Assembly: GCA_031372065.1 (NCBI GenBank)
Contig: JANMKN010000316.1
Location: forward strand, 1-22,141
Direction of reading: 5' to 3'
Source: Abditibacteriaceae bacterium
Lineage (GTDB): Bacteria; Armatimonadota; Abditibacteriia; Abditibacteriales; Abditibacteriaceae
Length of the DNA stretch: 22,141 bases
Shown piece by piece: positions 1 to 8,385 of this stretch. The number at the start of each line of letters is the position of its first letter. Positions within the stretch are counted from its first letter, which is position 1. Below the pieces are notes generated by a model that was given only the letters and a program-made list of their open reading frames with translations, was not told the origin of the DNA and made no database searches. The position numbers were made by a program, and so were the translations under genes.

Positions 1-109
1 TGCCGCCGAGCAGCAGCCAGACGATTTTGTGGTCGTGACGCCGCAGCAGCAAAAGGCCTGCTAAGACAATCGCAAAAAAAAGAAAAAAGTGCAGCGATGT
101 AAATTGCAT
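1..109 (-). CDS. Partial (5' end) probable MBOAT-family O-acyltransferase (AlgI/DltB-like), runs off the window
   Basis: Not in the ORF track. Manual translation from ATG at 109 gives MQFTSLHFFLFFAIVLAGLLLLRRHDHKIVWLLLGG, matching the typical AlgI/DltB N-terminus (MxFxSxxFxxFF...LLL). It lies 35 bp downstream of the acyltransferase, co-directional with the polysaccharide locus. Confidence 0.7.
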   Translation of the reverse strand, partial: MQFTSLHFFLFFAIVLAGLLLLRRHDHKIVWLLLGG

Positions 110-144
110 TTGCTTGTCAATAGGCCGCGTATGAAATTAGCAGC

Positions 145-879
145 CTATTGCTGAGTCGGATAGGTTTCATCGGGCAAGTCGGGGCGCGTTTTGCCGAAGA
201 TTAATTCGTAATCGTCGGGCGTTAAAGCGCGGCACGGTTTGGCGGGCACGCCGGCGATCAGTTGAAACGGTTCACCCGTCGCTTTGGTGATAACCGAAGC
301 CAAACCGACCACGCAGCAATCGGGAATTTGCGCGCCGGGCGCCATGCGAATTTCCGAGCCGACATAACAATAATCGCCAATAGAAACCGGCGCGCCCGCG
401 CGGCGATTATGCGTCCAAATGGACGAATTACGGCCTCCCAAAATTGAACAGCGGCCAATTTTCACTTCGTCGGTAAAATCAATGCGATGCTCCGAAGTGA
501 CAACCGCGCCGTAGCCCAAAGTGAAAACCGCACGCGGCGCATTGGTGCAGTCGTTGTCAGGAATCGCGTTGATGACATTAGCGCGCAAAACTTGCGACCA
601 ATCTCCCAAATTTATCGCTTCGCCGCCCCGAAAAACATTCAATGTGCCAATGACAACATGGTTTCCGACGCTCACGTCGCCGCAGCGCAAAAACGCCACG
701 CCATGCCCGATGCGCACATCATCGCCGATATTTAATTTCGCGCAGTCCAATAAGGCAAAGCCTATTTTCACGCGGGCGCCGATGCGGTAACCGAAAAAAA
801 AGCGATAAAGCGGGCGCTTCAAAAATTCCGGCAAAAGGGCCGTGAAGCAAAGTCCCAACAGGCGCAGGCGTTTTTTCAT
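145..879 (-). CDS. Hexapeptide-repeat (left-handed beta-helix) acyltransferase
   Basis: Repeated [LIV]G-x4 hexapeptides (RIGARVKIG, NIGDDVRIG, SVGNHVVIG, SIGDYCYVG) and the C-terminal IAGVPAKP motif of LbH O-acetyltransferases; polysaccharide locus context. Confidence 0.85.
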   Translation of the reverse strand: MKKRLRLLGLCFTALLPEFLKRPLYRFFFGYRIGARVKIGFALLDCAKLNIGDDVRIGHGVAFLRCGDVSVGNHVVIGTLNVFRGGEAINLGDWSQVLRANVINAIPDNDCTNAPRAVFTLGYGAVVTSEHRIDFTDEVKIGRCSILGGRNSSIWTHNRRAGAPVSIGDYCYVGSEIRMAPGAQIPDCCVVGLASVITKATGEPFQLIAGVPAKPCRALTPDDYELIFGKTRPDLPDETYPTQQ

Positions 880-899
880 CGGAGGAGCAAAGCGGAAAT

Positions 900-2405
900 T
901 TAGCGGGCGCTTTGAGTGGCAGAAGCCGCGAGGGTTTCAGGCGCGGAATAATAACCGTAGGCCGCGCGGCTATAACGATAGTTGTAGCCATATTTTTTGT
1001 CTGAAGTGCCTTGCAGCGATTTTTGCAGACGGCGGCGGCTCAAACTTTCGTATCCGGCGGCGATAATCAGCAGGAAAAACGGCATCAACTGCGCGCGTTG
1101 GCGATAAACAAGCCCAATGTTGGCAAACGACAGCGAATAAATGAGAATCAACGGCATGACAAATAGAAAAATGCCCACAAAAAGCTGTTTGTGATAACGC
1201 CAACATTCGATGATGCCCGGCACAATAAAAACGGCAATTAGGGCATACCACATCAGAGATTCGGGCAAAACCAAAAGCTGTCGCATACTGGCATCGCTAA
1301 GAAACTGCCACGGAAACGGCGCAAAGAGCAGATACGCAGCACCGGTAGCAAACATCAAAACAAAACCTTTGGCTGTTGTCACGTCGTAATCGAGATGCAC
1401 GGCAGAATCGCGGCCTGTGTCTTTGGCCGTGGCGATGCTATCGCGCAAATCGGTCATGGCAAAAAGCATTTTCTGCACAGTGCCGCCCAAATCGAAGTGG
1501 ATTAATCCCATTTGAGTCAAGAAGAAATACACGCCCAATGAGCCGCCCACGCACAAGCCCAGCGTGCGAAGCGGGCGCGGCGAACGCAGGCAGAAATAGC
1601 CCAGCAGCACCATCGGCGTCAGCATCCACGCCACATAAAACCGCAGCGACTGCGTGATGATGATCATAAACAAAATCGCCAGCGCATAAAGCCACGATTT
1701 GGCGCTAAAACCGCTGCGTGTCATGCGCCAGAGCGTGAATAAAACGACTATTTCCAGCAAAATCAGCCACGTTTCTTTGACAGTCATCGCCGACCAGACC
1801 AGATAACCGGGCAAAATCAGAGCGACAACGGCAGCAAACTGACTGGCACGATGCGAAAAAAATTCGCGCGCCAATTGATAAATCACAACAACGGTAAGCG
1901 CGTTGAAAAAACAATTCAAAACGGCTAATCCCATTTGGCTGGGAATGTTGATAACGTAAAAGAAATAAGTCGCAAAAAAACGATAGCCGGTGTTTTTAAT
2001 GACCGCGCCGTTATATAAGTCCATCAAGCTGTTGGCAGTCTGCGAACGGATAAAGTTATCTGCCAAAAATGGGTTGGAAACGCCATGCACCCAGTAAAGC
2101 GATTGCTGCCACGCTTGCTCCCAGATGACTTCATCGCCGCCTCCCAGCGTTTGGGCGGCCCCAGTTTTATAGAAAATCAGCGTGACGCCCAAACGCAAAA
2201 GATAGGCAACGCCAAATAATTTCAAGACGATGCCGCGCCGCGCGGCATCGCGCAAAAACGAGAGACCGCCAAAGCCCAGCGCACCGCAAAAAAGCGCCAC
2301 GCTAAAGGCCGCAATATCTTCGGGTGAAGCCGTGCCCAGCAGCGCTACAATAGCGCCGCAGGCCACAAATAAAACCAAAGAAATTTTGAAGTTAGCAGAA
2401 CCCAT
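900..2405 (-). CDS. Polytopic membrane protein, GT-C-like / probable Wzy-type polysaccharide polymerase
   Basis: About 10-12 hydrophobic segments, an acidic DE pair in the first large loop, KE motif (TVKETW), APFPWQ and NIGLVYRQR motifs typical of polysaccharide-locus membrane proteins; directly downstream of wzc. Confidence 0.65.
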   Translation of the reverse strand: MGSANFKISLVLFVACGAIVALLGTASPEDIAAFSVALFCGALGFGGLSFLRDAARRGIVLKLFGVAYLLRLGVTLIFYKTGAAQTLGGGDEVIWEQAWQQSLYWVHGVSNPFLADNFIRSQTANSLMDLYNGAVIKNTGYRFFATYFFYVINIPSQMGLAVLNCFFNALTVVVIYQLAREFFSHRASQFAAVVALILPGYLVWSAMTVKETWLILLEIVVLFTLWRMTRSGFSAKSWLYALAILFMIIITQSLRFYVAWMLTPMVLLGYFCLRSPRPLRTLGLCVGGSLGVYFFLTQMGLIHFDLGGTVQKMLFAMTDLRDSIATAKDTGRDSAVHLDYDVTTAKGFVLMFATGAAYLLFAPFPWQFLSDASMRQLLVLPESLMWYALIAVFIVPGIIECWRYHKQLFVGIFLFVMPLILIYSLSFANIGLVYRQRAQLMPFFLLIIAAGYESLSRRRLQKSLQGTSDKKYGYNYRYSRAAYGYYSAPETLAASATQSAR

Positions 2406-2435
2406 TAGAAATCAGGGGAATTTGGCAATTGCAGA

Positions 2436-2466
2436 ACCCCATTCCTCCTGCCCAGAGGGATGGGGT
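2436..2466. repeat. Intergenic GC-rich hairpin (REP-like or mRNA-stabilising)
   Basis: ACCCCATTCCTC (2436-2447) pairs with GAGGGATGGGGT (2455-2466): 12-bp stem with one G-T pair and a 7-nt loop, no U-tract. Confidence 0.6.
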
Positions 2467-2498
2467 GCAAGGCCGTTTAGCCTTTCTATCAACTCGTT

Positions 2499-4856
2499 TT
2501 AGTCAACAACTGCTTCTTCGCGCTCTTCGCTTGGTTCTTCAGTTTGCGAGCGGCGCCGCTTGCTTTTGTTGCGTTCGGGCGTCCAGTCGCCGCCATCTTC
2601 GGTGGTTGGCGCGTAGTAGGAATAATACGAGCCATAATAAGCGTCGGGATCGTTGTGCGCCTTCACTTTGTTGAAAATAACGCCCAAAACGCGGCCTCCA
2701 GCGTTGCGCAAAACGCTGTGAGCGCGCTGCACATGACCACGCGCTGTCTGGCTGGCGGCTACTACTAAAATCGCGCCATCCACAAACGAAGCCAACACTT
2801 GTGAATCGGTTAAGAACATCAAAGGCGGGCTGTCAATGACCAGCAAATCGCACTCGTTGCGCAATTCTTCGAGCAATCTTTGTCCGGCGTGGCTGGATAA
2901 AAGTTCCGGCGGATTGGGTGGCAACGTGCCCGACGGCATAACGCGCAGGTTGTCCACCGGCGTCGGACGCAAGGCGTCTTGCAGCGCCACCGAACCGGAT
3001 AACACATCCACAAAACCGGGACGCATCGGCACTTTATTAGTGTCCGAACTGCACAAGCGATGTTGTGTCGGGCGACGCAAATCGCAGTCGAGCAAAATGA
3101 CGCGCTTGCCGTCGTAGGCCATCACGGTAGCAAGGTTGAGCGCGCACATAGATTTACCTTCGCCGGGGTCGGCGCTGGTCACCAAAACGCTGCGTAGCGG
3201 CGCATCCATCATCGAAAAATTCACATTCGAGCGCAAAATGCGGCACGCTTCGAGCAAAGGCCGCGCGGCGGAAAAACGCGCCGTTTCCGCAGGCGATTGC
3301 GGACGCGCCAATTCCGTGGAAACCTTGCCGTCGGCAGTAGTCTGCTTCGAGGGAATGGCAAAGGCCAAACGGCGCTCAGCGTCATCGTTAAACATCGGCA
3401 AACTGCCCAAAACGGGTGAACCGATCAAGCCTTCAAGTTCCTGGGTCGAATGCACGGTGTTATCAATTTGCTCGGCCACAACACCGGCCAGCACCGATAA
3501 AATCAGGCCGCATAAAACCGCCATTAAAATCACGCGCGACCAAGTGCGTCCGGTAACAATGGCATCGGTAGCCGGAACCACCATTTTGGCCGTGCTGACA
3601 TCGGTATTACCCGTAAGCTGTAAAGCGTTATAGCGGTCGACAAGGCTTTTGTAAGTGTTTTCCAGCAAATCGGCTTTGGTGGATAGCTCGTTAAATTTGG
3701 AAGCAATCGGCGGCAAGGAAGCACTTTCACTTTTGGCTTGTGCCAGTTGCGCATTGACTTCTGAAGCTCTTTGGCTAATCTGCGAAAGAAACGCGCGACG
3801 GCGCGTTTCTAATGAGCGTTTTGCGGCTTCCAGCGATTGGCGGGCCGCTTGCGTTTTAATGTCATCGGGCTGATAGCGTGCGGCGATGGCATCATAATTT
3901 TGCTGCGCATCAAAGGCGCGTTTTTCCAGTTCAGGAATCGAAGAATCGGCCATGACTTTATCGCTGGTTAGACCGGCGGATAAATCCAGTTGGGCGGCTT
4001 GCGAATCAATGGTTAGTTGTTGAATGCGCGTATTTAGCGCCGTGACCCGCTCGATAATCGAAGTCACGCCGGTTTTCTGCTGGAATTCCTGCAATTCCTG
4101 CTTGGCTTTTAAGTATTGCCTTTCGGTTTGTTCGACTTGCCTTTTGGCCGAAGCGATGTTTTTCACGCTTTCTTCATCGGCCCACGCGCGCATTTGCAAA
4201 CGATAAACGGTGACCAGATTATTCGCCATGCTTTTGGCGGCGTCAGGGTTGAGCGCGGTGACGGTCACTTCCACTAAATCGGAAGATACAGGGGCCGCGC
4301 CGCGCACGGCTTGCATTGGCACTTTGCCCAAAGGCCAACCTTGTTTTCGCAGCGATTCAGGCACGGTTAGCCATGCCCTTTGCACCAAAGGCTTGCTGGT
4401 TACAATGGCAATCTGCGTTTGCACGTTGGATGAAATATCTGAAGAGCGTGTCTGCGTGATAATATCAGGCATCATGCTCTTGTTTTCTTTGGGCAAAAGC
4501 ATGGTGGCCGTCGCCATATAAGAAGGCTCGCCGGGCCGCAGTTTCCACGCCACAGCCGCCGAAATCAGCAGAAACACGCCGAGCATAATCGGCCAGCGGC
4601 GGCGCAGCATCGCCCAAGCGGTGCTCATATCGAATTGGCGCGCCGCCGGTTTGTCTTCGCCATGACGCCGGTTTTCCTGCGCCAGCACATTCACCAGTTG
4701 ATCCATCAAAAGGCGCGTGCGCGGATCGCTCAGGTTCAAATTAGCGTCGTCAGCCTCGCTTTCATAACGAGCCAACGGCGCGCCGTTTGGCGTGCCATGA
4801 ACGCGCCCGTTTTGCTGTCCGGCACCGTTTTTTTCCGATTCTCCTGCTGGATACAT
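2499..4856 (-). CDS. wzc: Polysaccharide co-polymerase / bacterial tyrosine autokinase (Wzc/GumC-CapB fusion)
   Basis: Two TM segments around a coiled-coil periplasmic region; Walker A (ADPGEGKS), A' (LLDCDLRRP), B (LVIDSPP); C-terminal tyrosine cluster YYGSYYSYY. Start is ATG 4856 or TTG 4871. Confidence 0.92.
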   Translation of the reverse strand: MYPAGESEKNGAGQQNGRVHGTPNGAPLARYESEADDANLNLSDPRTRLLMDQLVNVLAQENRRHGEDKPAARQFDMSTAWAMLRRRWPIMLGVFLLISAAVAWKLRPGEPSYMATATMLLPKENKSMMPDIITQTRSSDISSNVQTQIAIVTSKPLVQRAWLTVPESLRKQGWPLGKVPMQAVRGAAPVSSDLVEVTVTALNPDAAKSMANNLVTVYRLQMRAWADEESVKNIASAKRQVEQTERQYLKAKQELQEFQQKTGVTSIIERVTALNTRIQQLTIDSQAAQLDLSAGLTSDKVMADSSIPELEKRAFDAQQNYDAIAARYQPDDIKTQAARQSLEAAKRSLETRRRAFLSQISQRASEVNAQLAQAKSESASLPPIASKFNELSTKADLLENTYKSLVDRYNALQLTGNTDVSTAKMVVPATDAIVTGRTWSRVILMAVLCGLILSVLAGVVAEQIDNTVHSTQELEGLIGSPVLGSLPMFNDDAERRLAFAIPSKQTTADGKVSTELARPQSPAETARFSAARPLLEACRILRSNVNFSMMDAPLRSVLVTSADPGEGKSMCALNLATVMAYDGKRVILLDCDLRRPTQHRLCSSDTNKVPMRPGFVDVLSGSVALQDALRPTPVDNLRVMPSGTLPPNPPELLSSHAGQRLLEELRNECDLLVIDSPPLMFLTDSQVLASFVDGAILVVAASQTARGHVQRAHSVLRNAGGRVLGVIFNKVKAHNDPDAYYGSYYSYYAPTTEDGGDWTPERNKSKRRRSQTEEPSEEREEAVVD

Positions 4857-4882
4857 ATTTTCTCGCTTCAATCAAACCGTCA

Positions 4883-7042
4883 CTAAAATGAGCGGAACAA
4901 CAAGCCAAGCGGCCCCAAAAAAGACAGAATCGAGCGTGTTTTCGATTCGGTTACTTTTCCCGGATAAACGTAAATCACATCGCCATTCTGCAACTGCTGC
5001 TGCAACTGCTGCGTGTTGTTTACGCCTTTTTTCCCTGTGGGATACGGATTAATGACCAGCACTTCGGGATTATCCGGTTGACCTACACGCGGACGGATTA
5101 ACACAATGTCTTGCGCATTGGTTTGGCGCCCGCCTGCCGCTGTCAAGGCTTCATCCAACTTTAAGGTGCCTTTTTCAGGAATCGGAACAATGCCTGGACG
5201 GTTGACAGCTTCCATAACCGTTACATGATCGGTGTGTTCGGGAATCGTCACCAAATCATGATTCTGCACGGGAAAATTCAAAGGTTTTCCTGATTTCATA
5301 GCATCAAAAACGTCCACCACTTGCATTTTGCCATCGCGCTGCACCACAACGCGCGCTAAGGCCGCTTTGTCTGTAGTGCCACCAGCACGCAGAATGAGTT
5401 CCTGCAAATCCAGATTGTCCGTAAAATCAACCATGCCTGCTTTGACGACTTGGCCGCCGATGTGAGCGATTTTTATTTCTTTTTCTTCCGGCTTCACTTC
5501 GGCGATAGTAATTGCATCGCCCGGCTTCAATTTCACGTTTTGTTCAGGGCTAAGTTCGGACAGTTTGACCGGATCAATGTCCAGATTGATTAATTTGCCA
5601 TTTTCTTCGCGGCGCAGGATGGTGATTTTGGTTTTATCCCATTTCAGACCGGGATTCAAACCGCCCGCATTGATTAGGGCATCCATTAGTCTGCTGTCCA
5701 AAGGCAACTTAGCGGCTTGCGGTTTCGGCACCGTGCCGGCGATTTGCACTTCGATAAAATCAGGTTCTTCGAGTTGCAAAACATCGCCGTCTTGGAGCGG
5801 CACATTTAATTTTTTGTCATTGGGGTTCAATCGCGCCTTGTCCAAATCCAGTGGCGTTTCGATGTTGCGACGCCAAATGGAAGCGCGGATGTCTTTGACA
5901 TCAAATTCCGGTTTCGGGCCGCCCGCTTTGACAATGGCATCCAAAAACTGTGCGCCCGTTGTCATTTGAAATTGGCCGGGCGCTCGCACCAAGCCATCCA
6001 CACGCACCGTTACCGGCGGCACCAAAGTAACATTGATGTAATCACGCGGCTGCAAAACAATGTCGGCAGCAGGATCGGCTTTGCTCAGAGCCTGTTGCAC
6101 ATTCAATTCCAGCGTTTGGTTGTCGCGAAACAAAACGCCTTTGTAATTGTAAGCGCTGTTTTCAATCGGCACCGTGCCCGTCGCGGGCACAGGAATGCTC
6201 AAACCGCCCGCCAACAGCAAAAGCTCCGATAAATGTGGCTTTTCGCTGAGTTCGGGCGCGCCCGGCTGAGGCAAACGGCGCATATAATAAGTGTTTGGCC
6301 GCGTGACGGCGCCCGAAAGAAAAACCGGTTTGGCTTCGTCGGGAATTTCCGAGACCGTAATCACATCGCCGGGCCGCACTTCGATATTCGAAGGCGAATC
6401 CGGTTTCTGCGAAATTGCCACCAAATCAATCGTGCGTAAAGGTTCTCCGGCACGGGCCAAAGTGACTTTGACGCTATCCAAGCGCCCGCTGGCTGGGCCA
6501 CCCGCCACACTTAGCGCTTCAAAAATGCGAAAGCCATCTTTGATTTCAACCGGCCCTTGCGTCTTAACTGCGCCCAGAACTTGCATAAAAACCGCTAATG
6601 GGTCGGCTTCTTCGATAATCGGGCGTGGCTGCGGCACGCTGAGAACCAGTGCATTGGCGAAATTTGGTTTGATGCGCTTAACCAACAAACGACGCAATTC
6701 CCTTTGCACATCTTCTATGGTGCGATTATTGGCCTTGAGGGTGCCATAAAACGGCAGCGCCACGGTGCCGTTGGGTAAAACCGTCATTAAATCCACGCTG
6801 AATTCGGGAAATTCCGGCACGGTGATGCGCAAAACATCGCCCGGCCCTAAAACGTAGCTGCGTTGCCGAAGCGCGGCATCGCGCGCCGCCCGCGCCGCCG
6901 CCGCTTTGGGCGAAATCGGGCGCTGAATGGCGTTTTTAGGCGCTTCGCCAGTAGTTTTCTCGTTGGGCGCGGCAAAACCAGCAACGGAGCAGCAAAGGGG
7001 CAGCAAAAACAAGGGGACAGCAGGAAAACGGCGGTGAATCAT
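4883..7042 (-). CDS. Polysaccharide export protein (OPX/Wza-like) with PES domain and six SLBB repeats
   Basis: Poly_export motif YVLGPGDVLRITV...VLPNGTVALPFYG, six G-x-V..G..L.(D/E)A...AGG units and a C-terminal amphipathic helix. Signal peptide follows MIHRR (ATG 7042; alternative 7063). The ORF-track extension to 7282 is probably non-coding. Confidence 0.88.
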   Translation of the reverse strand: MIHRRFPAVPLFLLPLCCSVAGFAAPNEKTTGEAPKNAIQRPISPKAAAARAARDAALRQRSYVLGPGDVLRITVPEFPEFSVDLMTVLPNGTVALPFYGTLKANNRTIEDVQRELRRLLVKRIKPNFANALVLSVPQPRPIIEEADPLAVFMQVLGAVKTQGPVEIKDGFRIFEALSVAGGPASGRLDSVKVTLARAGEPLRTIDLVAISQKPDSPSNIEVRPGDVITVSEIPDEAKPVFLSGAVTRPNTYYMRRLPQPGAPELSEKPHLSELLLLAGGLSIPVPATGTVPIENSAYNYKGVLFRDNQTLELNVQQALSKADPAADIVLQPRDYINVTLVPPVTVRVDGLVRAPGQFQMTTGAQFLDAIVKAGGPKPEFDVKDIRASIWRRNIETPLDLDKARLNPNDKKLNVPLQDGDVLQLEEPDFIEVQIAGTVPKPQAAKLPLDSRLMDALINAGGLNPGLKWDKTKITILRREENGKLINLDIDPVKLSELSPEQNVKLKPGDAITIAEVKPEEKEIKIAHIGGQVVKAGMVDFTDNLDLQELILRAGGTTDKAALARVVVQRDGKMQVVDVFDAMKSGKPLNFPVQNHDLVTIPEHTDHVTVMEAVNRPGIVPIPEKGTLKLDEALTAAGGRQTNAQDIVLIRPRVGQPDNPEVLVINPYPTGKKGVNNTQQLQQQLQNGDVIYVYPGKVTESKTRSILSFLGPLGLLFRSF

Positions 7043-7063
7043 AGGGTAAGTCCAGAAACTCAT

Positions 7064-7398
7064 GGATTGAATGACGACAATGGCCGTCGGAGTGAGAGCA
7101 ATTCTTTTGAAGTAAAAATACTTTTGGCAAACAACTTCGCAAAACAGTGTTCGCGATGAAATCTTTGCCGCCAATTTAGCCTCATACGCTTGGCGTTTTG
7201 AAAACAATCGCGGGCAACAGAAAAGATTATCATAAAACGGGCTATTTTCCAATAATGGCAGCTTATAACACCATGCGGACACTTAAAACAACATCGCTCA
7301 TGACAAACCGTTGCATGGCTGGTAAAAAATGCAAGGCGCCTAAAAAGCACAACAATCTCAAATGCAGTCAAACTGTATTTGCAAACAAGCTGAACATT
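7064..7398. promoter_or_regulatory. Divergent promoter region between the EPS export operon and the epimerase gene
   Basis: About 335 bp, AT-richer, between divergent start codons; contains four AAACA-N(1-4)-TCGC direct repeats. Confidence 0.5.
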
Positions 7399-8370
7399 AT
7401 GAACATTTTGATAACGGGCGGCGCCGGTTTTATCGGCTCGCATCTGGCGGAACTGCTGCTGCAAGACGCCGACAATCGTCTCACCATCGTTGACAATCTG
7501 GCGACGGGCAAATTCACCAACATCGAACACCTGACGCACGACCCGCGTTACCGCCTCATCGTCGGCAGCGTGACCGATGCTACGCTCCTTGAGCCTCTCA
7601 TCGCGCAAAGCCAGCATATTTATCATCTCGGTGCCGGTGTGGGCGTGCGGCGCATCATCGAACAGCCGGTTGAAACCATTGAAACCAACATTCTCGGCAC
7701 TGAATCGGTTTTGAAACTGGCCGCGAAATATCACAAAAAGGTGCTAATCGCCTCAACCAGCGAGGTTTACGGCAAAAACACTAACACGCCGTTCAACGAA
7801 GAAGACGACAGCGTATTTGGCTCGACCACCAAAAGCCGCTGGAGCTATGCCTGCTCTAAAGCCATTGATGAATTTTTGTCACTCGCTTATCACAAAGAAA
7901 AAGGTCTGCCCGTCGTTATTTGTCGCTTTTTCAATACGGTGGGGCCGCGCCAAACCGGGCGCTATGGTATGGTCATTCCGAATTTAGTGCAGCAAGCTCT
8001 GCGCGGCGAACCGCTCACGGTTTATGGCGACGGCAATCAAACCCGCTGTTTCACGCACATTAAAGATTCAATTCGTTGCCAGCTGGCGCTGATGAACGAT
8101 AAGCGCGCTGTCGGCCAGATTTTCAATTTGGGCAGCAATCACGAGGTTTCCATCAAGCAATTGGCCCAGCGCATTATCGAACTGACTGGCTCGAAATCGA
8201 AAATCATTTTTATTCCTTACGAAGAGGCTTACGAAGCCGGTTTTGAAGATATGCAGCGCCGTGTGCCCGACACCACTAAACTGCGCAACTTCCTCGGTTT
8301 TGCGCCCGAAACTGACCTCGACAGCATCTTGAACGATGTAATTGCCTATTTTCGCTGCACAAAAGCGTAA
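7399..8370 (+). CDS. NAD-dependent epimerase/dehydratase (extended SDR, UDP-glucuronate decarboxylase-like)
   Basis: MNILITGGAGFIGSHL Rossmann motif, STSEVYG, catalytic YACSK, RFFNTVGPRQ, GDGNQTRCF. True start ATG 7399. Confidence 0.9.
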   Translation: MNILITGGAGFIGSHLAELLLQDADNRLTIVDNLATGKFTNIEHLTHDPRYRLIVGSVTDATLLEPLIAQSQHIYHLGAGVGVRRIIEQPVETIETNILGTESVLKLAAKYHKKVLIASTSEVYGKNTNTPFNEEDDSVFGSTTKSRWSYACSKAIDEFLSLAYHKEKGLPVVICRFFNTVGPRQTGRYGMVIPNLVQQALRGEPLTVYGDGNQTRCFTHIKDSIRCQLALMNDKRAVGQIFNLGSNHEVSIKQLAQRIIELTGSKSKIIFIPYEEAYEAGFEDMQRRVPDTTKLRNFLGFAPETDLDSILNDVIAYFRCTKA

Positions 8371-8385
8371 AAGTGGACTAAATCC

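Noticed and set aside
2..64. Plus-strand open frame ending at TAA 62-64
   Set aside because: The opposite strand encodes a convincing MBOAT-like N-terminus in operon orientation.
133..144. 12-mer GAAATTAGCAGC also present as its reverse complement at 11506-11517, both intergenic
   Set aside because: A single 12-bp match is expected by chance in 22 kb, and orientation relative to the downstream genes differs.
7122..7141. Sigma54 promoter (TTGGCA...TCGCA)
   Set aside because: The GG to GC spacing does not match the strict 10 nt required.
7043..7398. N-terminal ORF extensions of the exporter (to 7282) and epimerase (from 7198), and ORF 7060-7734
   Set aside because: The extensions overlap each other and precede the signal peptide or Rossmann motif. 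This is better explained as intergenic DNA plus an antisense shadow.
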